This document shows positions 55,313-64,000 of a DNA stretch of 64,000 bases, one piece after another. Origin of the DNA: an uncultured Acidimicrobiaceae bacterium (GTDB lineage Bacteria > Actinomycetota > Acidimicrobiia > Acidimicrobiales > RAAP-2); assembly GCA_963791995.1 (NCBI GenBank), contig CAWBUQ010000016.1, positions 39,535 to 103,534 of the forward strand, written 5' to 3'. A program made the translations under genes and the position numbers. Every line of letters begins with the position of its first letter. Position 1 is the stretch's first letter. Below the pieces are notes generated by a model, which was not told where the DNA came from, made no database searches, and saw only the letters and a list, made by a program, of their open reading frames with translations.

Positions 55313-55981
55313 ATGGCACAACAAGGCTCGACGGGGTTCGGGGGCGGAGAACGCCCCGACACCGGGGACATGATTTCGGTCCACAAGGCGCTGCGAGGCT
55401 CGCTGGGCAGCGGCCTGCAGCGCGTGCGCGACGTGGGCCCCGACGACGCCGAGCGGCGTGCGCTCATCGCCGACTACTACGACAACATTTTGTGGTTCCT
55501 CGACGTCCACCACAACGGCGAGGAGGAGCTGGTGTTCCCCCTTATCCGCGAGCGCTGCCCCGACAAGGCGGCCCTGGTCGACTCCATGGAGTCCCAGCAC
55601 CACGAGGTGGTGCAGTTGTTGAAGGACACCGGCGTGTCCCGGACGGCCTGGGCAGCGGGCGACACCGGCATCCAAGCCGAGCTGGCCGACCAGCTCCAGG
55701 CGCTGTACGACGCCACGGTGGCCCATCTCGACCAGGAGGAGGCCAACCTCCTCCCCCTGTGCGGCGACTACCTGACTCCCGAGGAGTGGGGTGCCCTGCC
55801 GGGGCACGCGCTCAGCCAGTATCGAGGGGACAAGGTCTGGCTCGTCCTCGGGCTGATCATGGAGCAGCGGACACCCGACGAGCAGGCGCAGATGCTGGCG
55901 TCGATGCCGCCGCCGGTCAGCGACATGTGGAAGGCCATGGGTTCCGACGCGTTCACGAAGCTGGCGGCGGAGGTGGGCTGA
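55313..55981 (+). CDS. Hemerythrin (HHE cation-binding) domain protein
   Basis: AAGGAGG before ATG 55313. ..HKALR.., ..FLDVHHNGEEELVFPLI.., ..HHEVVQLL.., ..HLDQEEANLLPL.. Confidence 0.7.
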   Translation: MAQQGSTGFGGGERPDTGDMISVHKALRGSLGSGLQRVRDVGPDDAERRALIADYYDNILWFLDVHHNGEEELVFPLIRERCPDKAALVDSMESQHHEVVQLLKDTGVSRTAWAAGDTGIQAELADQLQALYDATVAHLDQEEANLLPLCGDYLTPEEWGALPGHALSQYRGDKVWLVLGLIMEQRTPDEQAQMLASMPPPVSDMWKAMGSDAFTKLAAEVG

Positions 55982-56093
55982 GCTGGGGTCCGCTCCACCA
56001 TCGAGGCAGGCCACGGTTGCACCGGCGGGCCATCATGGTCGTGGAGGTCCGAGACCTCGCGGACACCGCTGGTGGATCGGCGGGGTCGCCTCC

Positions 56094-56624
56094 ATGGTTC
56101 TCGTGGGCTTCTACGGCCCCTGTGGGATCTCAGATGCCAGCGCTTCTTCCGCCGCTGTCGGCACGCCGAAGAACCCCCAGATCCTCACCTGTTACGAGGA
56201 AGCCACGCAGTTCACCGGCAGCCTGCCCCAGGTCGGGCCCCATGACATCGGATTCGGCGCGGGGTATTTTCCGAATGCGCGCGGGCTGGCGACGATGCAT
56301 CCGCCCAACCGGGGCCAAGAGGCCCGACTCACCGGTTACAAGCTCCCTCCGGTAGTCGACCCGGGAGCCACCGTGACCATGACGATCTCGCCTGGTGCGC
56401 GGTCCTACGTGGTGCAACAGAACTCCTGGTCGCCCCCTCGAGGGAGCGTGTCGGTCACATACCGAGCCTGTTCGCACAAGCCCGGCTTCTTTCCCCAGAG
56501 TTTCCGCTTCACCGATGGTCGGCCACGGGGCTGCGTTCCCCTCGACGTGCGGGTCGGCGGGCAGCGCAGGACGAGCCACATCGTTCTCTCGTTCTTTGCC
56601 GGACGGTGCAGAACTTCGTTCTGA
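56094..56624 (+). CDS. Hypothetical protein (weak call)
   Basis: 176-aa ORF in an AT-richer stretch. No recognisable family. The start and even its coding status are uncertain. Confidence 0.3.
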   Translation: MVLVGFYGPCGISDASASSAAVGTPKNPQILTCYEEATQFTGSLPQVGPHDIGFGAGYFPNARGLATMHPPNRGQEARLTGYKLPPVVDPGATVTMTISPGARSYVVQQNSWSPPRGSVSVTYRACSHKPGFFPQSFRFTDGRPRGCVPLDVRVGGQRRTSHIVLSFFAGRCRTSF

Positions 56625-56806
56625 ACCCGATCCGGCAGCAGTGCGTGCCCCACGGCAATCCGTGGCCGACGACGCCGCGGGACCAACCGGCGTGGACCTC
56701 CGACGCTCTTTTGAGGCACGGGAGCGGTGGCCGCGTCGCCGGGCGCCCTGAAGTCAGGACGAAGGTCCCTGCCTGCCCAGAACAAGGTCCCTAACTGCCC
56801 GAGGGA

Positions 56807-57484
56807 GTGACTCGTCACACTCATCCTTGTGACAGGTCCGCCGTCGGCACCGATGGAGGGCAGGCATCCCTTCCGCGGCGGAGCCCGACGCTCGATTTGT
56901 ATTGGATTCCCTTGGGGGCGGGCGCCCACGTGGTGCGCGCGAGCGGCAGGGCCTACGAGCGTTGGTCGGCCTTCATGCCGCTCCGATCACGACAAGACCT
57001 CTTTCACTCCGCTCTCATTGCGGTCGTCGATGGCGCGTCGGTCGTCATGGAGATGACGCCCATTCCCGATTCCCTTGGGCGGACGGAGCGAGGAGTCGTT
57101 GCCGAGGGCCCGGTCGGCTGCAGGCCCGCTGGCCACCTCCGGCTCTTCCGCTACGAGATCCGGAGCTGGAGCGGCAGTGTAATTCCCGACCTTGCCAGCG
57201 CGGTCAACAGCCCGGTTCACCTCTCATCCGACGCCGACGTCATCACGCGGGCGCTCGCCCTGGTGCCATCGGTTCCCACGCCAGTTTGGGGCCGCGACGC
57301 GCTCCCTACGGGCGAGATGTGGAACTCCAACTCGGTTGTCGCCTGGATTCTGACCCGCACCGGCCTTGTGCAGATCGCTGGCCGGCCCCCGCACCATGGG
57401 AGAGCCCGGGGTTGGGATGCGGGAGTGACGGTGGCAACGCGGCAGCTGGGCGCAGCACCGGTTGAGAGCCGAGTCGCGCCATGA
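56807..57484 (+). CDS. Conserved hypothetical protein
   Basis: ..LDLYWIPLGAGAHVVRASGRAYE..ALIAVVDG..MEMTP..NSNSVVAWILTRTGL.. ATGA overlap with the next ORF. Confidence 0.5.
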   Translation: MTRHTHPCDRSAVGTDGGQASLPRRSPTLDLYWIPLGAGAHVVRASGRAYERWSAFMPLRSRQDLFHSALIAVVDGASVVMEMTPIPDSLGRTERGVVAEGPVGCRPAGHLRLFRYEIRSWSGSVIPDLASAVNSPVHLSSDADVITRALALVPSVPTPVWGRDALPTGEMWNSNSVVAWILTRTGLVQIAGRPPHHGRARGWDAGVTVATRQLGAAPVESRVAP

Positions 57485-57913
57485 GTCGCGCGACGAGGCG
57501 CGCGCTCGCCAGGGACCATGCCCTCGTCGGCTTGGAGTGTTTCACGGGCATTACCTCCCTTGCCGGCGGGTTGATTCGGGCGGCGCGCTCGGACGGTTCG
57601 TTGTTACGGGCCACGCTGTCGGCACTGGACGGGAGTCCGTTCTCGAATTGGCGTGTGCCGGGCCGCAGAATGGCGACGACGACACTTGCCTCGTGCACGC
57701 GAACTCTCGATCTTCGCCGGAGTGGGGCTGATCGTCTTCGAGTTCACGGAGCTGGTCTGGATCGGATTTCAACCGCTCGAGGCCGTCTTCGGGATCGTCG
57801 GAGCCGCTGTCACCGTTCTCGCGCTTCGTCAGGGATCGTCCGTGCCTCAGACCTCGGACGACGCGGAGGAAGTGCGCACAATGCCGACACCCGTGAGGAG
57901 TGCGAAGCCATGA
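57481..57913 (+). CDS. Hypothetical membrane protein, frameshifted near 57660
   Basis: ..LVGLECFTGITSLAGGLI.. then, in another frame, ..SIFAGVGLIVFEFTELVWIGFQPLEAVFGIVGAAVTVLAL.. ATGA overlaps at both ends. Confidence 0.4.
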
Positions 57914-58395
57914 GCACCATGAAGGAAGCCGCCCGGGAATTCTTGACCCATAAGAGGGTCGCAGTGACAGGAGTGTCGAGAACTCCCAAGAATCACGGCA
58001 GCAACGTCGTGTACAAGCGTCTTCGTGACCGGGGTTATGAGGTGTTCGCCGTCAATCCCAACGCCCAGGAAGTCGAGGGTGACGCCTGTTACCGCGACCT
58101 GCATTCGATTCCCGGCGGCGTGGACTGGGTGGTGATCGCCACGAGACCCGAGACGGCGGAGAAGACGGTGCACGAGTGCGTCGAACTTGGCATCGACCGG
58201 GTGTGGATGCACCACGCCCTCGGAGCGGGGAGCGTGTCACCGGAGGGCGCTGAGTTCGGCCGGCAGCATGGAACGACCGTCATTGCTGGAGGCTGCCCAT
58301 GCATGTTCGACCCCACCGCGGACCCGGGACACAAGGTGATGAGAGTCATGTGCTCGCTCACGGGAGCCGTGCCGCGCCACGTCGAGACAGGCTGA
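57910..58395 (+). CDS. CoA-binding domain protein (YccU/YneT-like)
   Basis: ..KRVAVTGVSRTPKNHGSNVVYKRLRDRGYEVFAVNPN..VDWVVIATRPE..GIDRVWMH.. Confidence 0.75.
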   Translation: MSTMKEAAREFLTHKRVAVTGVSRTPKNHGSNVVYKRLRDRGYEVFAVNPNAQEVEGDACYRDLHSIPGGVDWVVIATRPETAEKTVHECVELGIDRVWMHHALGAGSVSPEGAEFGRQHGTTVIAGGCPCMFDPTADPGHKVMRVMCSLTGAVPRHVETG

Positions 58396-58425
58396 TTCGA
58401 TGGTCCTCGGTCGCGGACGTGACGC

Positions 58426-58899
58426 ATGAGCCTGAGGATCGGCAGCATCGGCTATGTAATCGCCTTTTCGTTGACCGGACTGCTCCTGTATGCCCTCCAA
58501 CTGGTGCCCAACATCATCTGGCTCGCCATGCCGCCGGCCAACGACGTACTCAAACACAACAGTTCTCCCCATGCAGGCCTCAACCTCGTCGAACAGGTCT
58601 TCGGCATCGCGACGGTCGCCCTGCTCATCATCGTGATCACCAGGTCTGGGACCGAGGGCCGCAACAGCTCCTTGTTGCTGGTCTGCGCCGCCGTCTTCTT
58701 GGCGGCGTACTACGCAGCCTGGGTTCTCTACTACCAGGGGAACGTCTCGTCCTGGCTGCTCGTGATCGGCATTGCCGCCATGCCGCCCCTCTACTTCTTG
58801 TTCGTGGCGGGCTGGATGAAGGATTACCTTGCGCTCGTCCCCTGCGTCATCTTCGGGACTGCCCACGTCGCGATCACGTGGTCGAACTACGTACGTTAG
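58426..58899 (+). CDS. Hypothetical integral membrane protein (about 5 TM)
   Basis: Intact 157-aa ORF with hydrophobic segments IGYVIAFSLTGLLLYAL, VFGIATVALLIIVI, LLLVCAAVFLAAYYAAWVLY, WLLVIGIAAMPPLYFLFVAGW. Confidence 0.55.
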   Translation: MSLRIGSIGYVIAFSLTGLLLYALQLVPNIIWLAMPPANDVLKHNSSPHAGLNLVEQVFGIATVALLIIVITRSGTEGRNSSLLLVCAAVFLAAYYAAWVLYYQGNVSSWLLVIGIAAMPPLYFLFVAGWMKDYLALVPCVIFGTAHVAITWSNYVR

Positions 58900-59051
58900 G
58901 GCTCCGCCCATCTCTCAGATGCACCCCGCGAGCACTCGAGCGTCGGGTCGACGCCGTTCCGCCGGGATGGTGCCGCGCTCTGCATGCGCCGATCGCCAAG
59001 AAGCGCCGGCTCCGAGACGCTGGACTGGGACATTTTGCGTAGACCCGCCAC

Positions 59052-61277
59052 GTGGCCGCAGGGGTCGTGGTCCGCGGGCATGATCGGTGTGTGGAGGAGA
59101 GCTGGGAGGGCCCCGAAGAATTCGACGAGCTTGACGTCTTCGAGTCCGCGGGAGGATCGGCAGAAGACGCCCGCCAGGCCGGAGACGACGCTGTCGCCGG
59201 GCTCGACAAGATCACGGCACAGATGCCGGGCGGCGAGCACCGCCCCGAGCAACAGGAGATGTGCCGCGCTGTCGCCGAAGCGGTGGCCACCCGCACCCAC
59301 CTCGTCGTCCAGGCCGGGACGGGAACCGGCAAGTCCCTCGCCTACCTCGTTCCCCTGGCTCTCGCGGGCGCCAAGACGGTCGTCGCCACGGCCACCAAGG
59401 CGCTGCAGGACCAGCTTGCCGAGAAGGACCTGCCCCAGGTCGACTCGGGCCTCGGCCTGCCCGCGCCGCTGGACTTCGCCGTGCTCAAGGGCCGCAGCAA
59501 CTACATCTGCCGCCAGCGGGTGGCCGAGGTGGGCTCGGGCGGGGTCCAGGCCGAGCTCGGCGACCAGGGTGGACGGGCCGACGAAGCGGAGACGGCGGGC
59601 GGCATGGATGGGCCCGATGCCGGGTCGGGTTCGGGGTCGGGATCCGGATCGAGGACAGGCTCGGGATCCGGGTCCGGTTCGGCCGACGAGCCCGATGCGC
59701 CGCCCGAGGGCCTGGTCGAGGAAGTGCGGGCGCTGGTCGCCTGGTCCCAAAAGACCCGGAGCGGCGACCGGGCCGACCTGAGCTTCGAACCATCCGACCG
59801 GGCCTGGAACATGGTCAGCGTCGGCCCGCGGGAGTGCCCGGGCGCCTTCAACTGCCCCGAGGGCGGGCGCTGCTTCGCCGAGGGGGCCCGCGACCGTGCC
59901 TCGGCCGCCGACATCGTCGTCGTCAACACCCACCTCTACGGCGCGCACCTGGCCAGCGGTGGGGTCGTGCTGCCCGAGCACGACGTCGTCGTCTTCGACG
60001 AGGCCCACGAGCTCGAAGAAGTCATGACGGCGAGCCTGGGCGTCGAGCTGACGCCCGGCCGGTTCCGCTCGCTCGTCACGGCGGCCCGCTCGCTGGTCGA
60101 ACAACGCGACGCCGACCAGCTCGAGGCACTGGGCGCGTACGGCGAGCAGCTGGCGGCGCTGCTGGGCGACCGGGTCGGGACCCGCGTCCTCAACGACGAG
60201 GGACGGGTGGCAGCCGAGGATCGCGAGCTGGCCGAGCTGCTGGTGCGCGCCGGCGAGCTGACCCGGCGGGTCATCGACGCGCTGCGCCGGACCGGTGCGC
60301 AGCGCTCCTTCCTGCCCGACGACGGTGCGGCCAAGGGCAGCGGTGGCGGCGGCGAGGCCGATCCAGATCGATCGAGCCGCAAGACCCGCACCCTGCAGGC
60401 GGCCGCACACCTGGCCGAGGACCTGCACCGCCTCGTCTCGCGCACCGACGGCGAGGTCGCCTGGGTCGACGGCACGCGGCGCAACGTGCGGCTGCGGCTC
60501 TCCCCCATCGACGTTGGACCCGTGCTGGCGGGGATGCTCTGGGGCGAAGTCACCTCGGTGCTGACCAGCGCGACCATCCCGCCGCGCATCGTCGAGCGGG
60601 TCGGTCTGGAGAACTTCGCCACCGAGGAGCTCAACGTCGGCAGCCCGTTCGACTACCGCTCGCATGCGCTGCTCTACGTGGCCCGCCATCTTCCCGATCG
60701 GCGGGCGCCCGGCGCCGAAGAGGCGCTGCACGAGGAGCTGGCGCTGTTACTCGAGGCGGCGGGCGGGCGCACGCTTGCCTTGTTCACCAGCCGGCGCGCC
60801 ACCGAGGCCGCCGCCGAGGCGCTCGCACCCGAGCTCCCCTACACGCTGCTCCAGCAGGGCGACCTGCCCAAGGGACGACTGCTCGAGCAGTTCGCGCAGG
60901 ACGAGACCTCGTGCCTCTTCGCCACCCTCGGTTTCTGGCAGGGCGTCGACATCCCCGGGCGCGCGCTGTCCCTCGTCACCATCGACCGGCTTCCCTTCCC
61001 GCGGCCCGACGACCCGCTGCTCCAGGCGCGGCGGGACCGGGTGGGCGGTCGCGCCTTCTCGCTCGTCGATCTCCCCCGGGCCGCAACGCTGCTGGCGCAG
61101 GGTTCGGGGCGCCTCATCCGCACGGCCGAGGACCGTGGTGTCGTCGCCGTGCTCGACCCCCGGCTGGCCACCGCCTCCTACCGCGGGGTGCTGCTGGCCA
61201 CGCTCCCCCCGATGCGGCGCTCGGTCGACCGCTCAGAGGTCGAGTCGTTCCTGCGGCGGGCCCTCGAGGATCAATAG
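59052..61277 (+). CDS. dinG: DinG/XPD-family ATP-dependent helicase with Fe-S Cys cluster and a (GS)n insert
   Basis: ..LVVQAGTGTGKSLAYL.., Cys set C..(RECPGAFNCPEGGRC), DEAH box VVFDEAHEL, C-terminal ..GSGRLIRTAEDRGVVAVLDPR.. The exact start is uncertain. Confidence 0.85.
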   Translation: MAAGVVVRGHDRCVEESWEGPEEFDELDVFESAGGSAEDARQAGDDAVAGLDKITAQMPGGEHRPEQQEMCRAVAEAVATRTHLVVQAGTGTGKSLAYLVPLALAGAKTVVATATKALQDQLAEKDLPQVDSGLGLPAPLDFAVLKGRSNYICRQRVAEVGSGGVQAELGDQGGRADEAETAGGMDGPDAGSGSGSGSGSRTGSGSGSGSADEPDAPPEGLVEEVRALVAWSQKTRSGDRADLSFEPSDRAWNMVSVGPRECPGAFNCPEGGRCFAEGARDRASAADIVVVNTHLYGAHLASGGVVLPEHDVVVFDEAHELEEVMTASLGVELTPGRFRSLVTAARSLVEQRDADQLEALGAYGEQLAALLGDRVGTRVLNDEGRVAAEDRELAELLVRAGELTRRVIDALRRTGAQRSFLPDDGAAKGSGGGGEADPDRSSRKTRTLQAAAHLAEDLHRLVSRTDGEVAWVDGTRRNVRLRLSPIDVGPVLAGMLWGEVTSVLTSATIPPRIVERVGLENFATEELNVGSPFDYRSHALLYVARHLPDRRAPGAEEALHEELALLLEAAGGRTLALFTSRRATEAAAEALAPELPYTLLQQGDLPKGRLLEQFAQDETSCLFATLGFWQGVDIPGRALSLVTIDRLPFPRPDDPLLQARRDRVGGRAFSLVDLPRAATLLAQGSGRLIRTAEDRGVVAVLDPRLATASYRGVLLATLPPMRRSVDRSEVESFLRRALEDQ

Positions 61278-62236
61278 CCGAGACGGTCGAGCATCTCGGC
61301 GCTGTTCTGCCAGCGCTTCTCCACCTTCACGTGCAGGTCGAGGTACGCCCCCTCGGGCAGCGCCTCGCGCACGGCGATGCCCACGGCCTTGAGGACCTCG
61401 CCGCTCTTGCCGATGACGATGGCCTTCTGCGAATCGCGCTCGACGATCACCTCGACCCGGATGTACGGGCCTTCCCATTCGGTGACCCGGCAGGTGATGG
61501 CGTGGGGCAATTCGTCCCGGGTCTTGGCCAGCAGCTGCTCACGGACCAGCTCGGCGACCCAGAGCGCCTCTGGTGTGTCGGTCACCACGTCGGGCGGGAA
61601 GAACGGCGGCCCCTCGGGGAGGGAGCCGATCAGGAACGAGACGAGCTCGGCAACGCCGTCGCCGGTGCGGGCCGACACCGGGAAGTACTCCACGTCTGGG
61701 AGTTCCCCGAGCGCCTCGACCGCCTTGACCGCCTCGGCCAGTCGCTCCAGCAACTGGCTCGAGCCGGAACGGTCCACCTTGTTCACGACCACGATCAGCC
61801 GGGGCGGCCGGTCGGTGTCGGGATCGTCGGGATCGTCGGGATCGTCGGGTTCGTCGGGGACGCTGGCGCCGCCGGCGCCGCTCCGGGTCTCTCGCTGCAC
61901 CTGCTGGGCCGCTCGGGCCAGCACGGTCCGGTCGCCCGGTCCGATGGCCGCCGTGGCGTCGACCAGCGCCATGATCACGTCGACGTCGTGCAGGGCGTCG
62001 GTGGCGGTCTCGTTGAGCCTGGTGCCGAGCGTGCTGCGCGGCTTGTGGATGCCCGGCGTGTCGACGAAGACGACCTGAGCGTCGGCGTCGGCGTCGTGAA
62101 GGACGCCGAGGATCCGGTGCCGGGTCGTGTTGGGCCGCGAGGAGGTGATCGCAACCTTGGTGCCGACCATGGCGTTGACGAGGGTCGACTTGCCGACGTT
62201 GGGGCGGCCCACCACCGCTACGAAACCGGAGCGCAC
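61271..62236 (-). CDS. era: GTPase Era with an acidic Pro/Asp insert
   Basis: G1 GRPNVGKST, G3 DTPG, G4 NKVD, KH domain ..QKAIVIGKSGEVLK.. Intact. Confidence 0.9.
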   Translation of the reverse strand: MRSGFVAVVGRPNVGKSTLVNAMVGTKVAITSSRPNTTRHRILGVLHDADADAQVVFVDTPGIHKPRSTLGTRLNETATDALHDVDVIMALVDATAAIGPGDRTVLARAAQQVQRETRSGAGGASVPDEPDDPDDPDDPDTDRPPRLIVVVNKVDRSGSSQLLERLAEAVKAVEALGELPDVEYFPVSARTGDGVAELVSFLIGSLPEGPPFFPPDVVTDTPEALWVAELVREQLLAKTRDELPHAITCRVTEWEGPYIRVEVIVERDSQKAIVIGKSGEVLKAVGIAVREALPEGAYLDLHVKVEKRWQNSAEMLDRLGY

Positions 62237-62241
62237 CTCGC

Positions 62242-63627
62242 TCAGCCCCCGCTTCGGGAGGCGTCGCCCGTGCGGCCGGCGCGGGCGTCGCGCCCGTTGT
62301 CGCCGGCCTCGTGCTCGTCAGCGTCGTGGCCCGAGCCTGTCCGCTCAATCCGGACCCGGCCGATGCGCCGGCCGCGCACGTCGACGGCGGTCAGGCGGAA
62401 CCCGTCGACCTCGACCGAGTCGCCGTTGTCGGGGACACGCCCGACGGCGTCGAGCATGAGGCCCCCGACGGTGTCCCAGGTACCGTGGGGCAGCTCGGCG
62501 CCGAGCAGCTCGTCGGCGTCGTCCACCGAGTAGAGCGCACTCACCTCGATCGATCCGTCCTCGTGGCGCTCCACGGTCGGCGTTTCGACGTCGAATTCGT
62601 CGACGATGTCGCCGACCAGCTCCTCGAGCAGGTCCTCGAGGGTGATCAGCCCGGCCGTGCCGCCGTACTCGTCCACGACGACCGCCATGTGGAACTTCTC
62701 CTCCTGCATCTCGCGCAAGAGGTCCGAGACCTCCTTGGACTCGGGGATGAACTTGGCCGGCCGCATGCTGTGGCGCACCGACTGGCCGGCCTTCCCGACG
62801 CGCTCGGCCCGCACCAGGTCCTTGGCGTAGGCGATGCCGATGATGTCGTCGATCCCGTTCTCCTCCACCGGGATGCGGCTGTAGCCCGCGCCGAGCGCCG
62901 CCTCCAGCGCGTCGCGCACAGTGGCGTCGTGCTCGACCGTCACCATGTCGGGCCGCGGCGTCATGACCTCGCGCGCCACGGTGTCGCCGAAGTCGATGAT
63001 GGAGTGGATGAAGGTGCGCTCGTCCTTCTCGATCACGTTCTCCTCGTGGGCGACGTCGGCCATGGCTTTGAGCTCGGAGTCGGTGATGTAGGAGTGGTGC
63101 ATGTTCTCCTGATCGTCGCCGCCCACCCCGATGATCAGGTTGGCCAGGCCGATGAGGACAGCCGAGAGCCAGCGGATCGGCGGGAAGCGGATCAGCGTGC
63201 TGACGATCGGCGCGCTCAGCAGCGCGGCGCGCTCGGAGTGTTGCACCGCCCAGTTCTTCGGGACCGCCTCGAAGAACACGAAGATCACCACGACTTCGAA
63301 CACGATGCCGAGCACGACGCCGAGCCCGCCGAAGAGATGTTCGGCCACGATGCCCACGAGCGTGGCCGACACCAGCTGGCAGATCAGGACCAGCAGCAAA
63401 ATGGGGTTGAGGAACCGGGCCGGGCTGTCGACCAGCCGGGCCAGCTGGCGGGCGCCGCGCTTCTTCTCGTCGACCAGTGACTTGGCCTTGATCCGGGTCA
63501 TCCGCACCAGGCTCGTCTCGGCCATGGCCAAGACACCCGAGCCGGCCAGCAGCACGGCGATCACGATGATGAGGATGACGTCCTCGGCGTGGAAGCCGGA
63601 CGCAGCCAGTAAGGCGGAGTCGCTCAC
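62242..63627 (-). CDS. Hemolysin-family / CNNM (DUF21)-CBS pair-CorC_HlyC transporter-associated protein
   Basis: N-terminal 4-TM DUF21, CBS pair ..VAREVMTPRPDMVTV.., C-terminal ..FRLTAVDVRGRRIGRVRIE.. Intact. Confidence 0.9.
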   Translation of the reverse strand: MSDSALLAASGFHAEDVILIIVIAVLLAGSGVLAMAETSLVRMTRIKAKSLVDEKKRGARQLARLVDSPARFLNPILLLVLICQLVSATLVGIVAEHLFGGLGVVLGIVFEVVVIFVFFEAVPKNWAVQHSERAALLSAPIVSTLIRFPPIRWLSAVLIGLANLIIGVGGDDQENMHHSYITDSELKAMADVAHEENVIEKDERTFIHSIIDFGDTVAREVMTPRPDMVTVEHDATVRDALEAALGAGYSRIPVEENGIDDIIGIAYAKDLVRAERVGKAGQSVRHSMRPAKFIPESKEVSDLLREMQEEKFHMAVVVDEYGGTAGLITLEDLLEELVGDIVDEFDVETPTVERHEDGSIEVSALYSVDDADELLGAELPHGTWDTVGGLMLDAVGRVPDNGDSVEVDGFRLTAVDVRGRRIGRVRIERTGSGHDADEHEAGDNGRDARAGRTGDASRSGG

Positions 63628-64000
63628 GTCTCCTGGCCCACCCGGTAGAAGCGCCGCAGCAGCTGCTGCTCCAACACCTCCATCCGTTCGGCCTCGGCGT
63701 CGTTCTGGTGGTCCATCCCGAGCAGGTGGAGGAGACCGTGCACGACCAGAAGCGCCACCTCGTCGTCCAGGCTCACCTCGTGCTCCACTGCGTTGCGGGC
63801 GGCGACCGTCGGGCAGATGACGACGTCGCCCAGCAGCGAGAGGGTGCCCTCCTCGGGCGAGGTCCCCGGGCCGCTCCCGCCGAGGTCGGGCGAGCGCCCC
63901 GAGGGTCCGGGCTCGTCCTCTATGGGAAAGGACAGCACGTCGGTGGGACCGCTCTTGCCGAGGAACTGCTCGTTGAGGGCGGCGATCGCCGCCTCGTCGA
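63624..64000 (-). CDS. ybeY: rRNA maturation RNase YbeY (5' end beyond the window)
   Basis: Metal motif HGLLHLLGMDH. Upstream ..DVLSFPIEDEP.. The frame stays open to position 64000. Confidence 0.85.
   Translation of the reverse strand, partial: DEAAIAALNEQFLGKSGPTDVLSFPIEDEPGPSGRSPDLGGSGPGTSPEEGTLSLLGDVVICPTVAARNAVEHEVSLDDEVALLVVHGLLHLLGMDHQNDAEAERMEVLEQQLLRRFYRVGQET

Noticed and set aside
54358-56355. 665-aa + ORF and 533-aa minus-strand ORF (54413-56014)
   Set aside because: These are shadow ORFs over uppS and the hemerythrin gene, with no motifs and a composition typical of wrong-frame GC-rich translation.
59261-62533. 1090-aa + ORF, plus 58896-60731 (611 aa, minus strand)
   Set aside because: These are Arg/Ala/Gly/Pro-rich shadow frames overlapping dinG, era and the corC-like gene, typical of very high-GC DNA. 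The motif-bearing frames are annotated instead.

Overview
Very GC-rich actinobacterial-type chromosome segment. An Acidimicrobiia-like origin is my inference from gene content and the GYW..DGG repeat protein. It is mostly housekeeping and transport genes. On the minus strand: lon (5' part), dnaG-rpoD, ppdK, glyQS-hemW-recO, uppS and the era-corC-ybeY block. On the plus strand: dinG, a sugar ABC importer, a sulfate importer (sbp-cysTWA) and a DrrAB-like exporter.

Three regions stand out.

(1) 16.2-25.7 kb holds an eight-gene operon whose genes almost all overlap by 4-8 nt. Its order is Wzx-type flippase, AcpS-type PPTase, small carrier protein, acyl-CoA-dehydrogenase-like flavoprotein, truncated class-II aaRS homologue (amino acid:carrier-protein ligase type), conserved unknown protein, cytoplasmic GH2 beta-mannosidase-like protein, and a tandem alpha/beta-hydrolase with a GxCxG box. 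I read it as a candidate, uncharacterised Dlt-like pathway that aminoacylates or acylates an envelope glycan.

(2) 29.6-31.2 kb holds a dense same-strand array of 14 tRNA genes. Many depart from the canonical cloverleaf: C33 in three, odd T-loops, a 6-nt anticodon loop and overlapping ends. A perfectly canonical tRNA-Asn lies at 40.1 kb.

(3) The AT-richer 31.4-40.1 kb stretch between them encodes a PilZ-bearing BcsA-like glycosyltransferase, GH43, GH2 and secreted Cys-rich proteins.

Caveat: many genes carry single-base frameshifts, including the essential rpoD, dnaG, glyQS and ppdK. The two I resolved to the base are homopolymer length changes, so I treat them as assembly errors rather than pseudogenes and give whole-gene spans. 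All calls come from reading the ORF translations and folding RNAs by eye. No searches were run.
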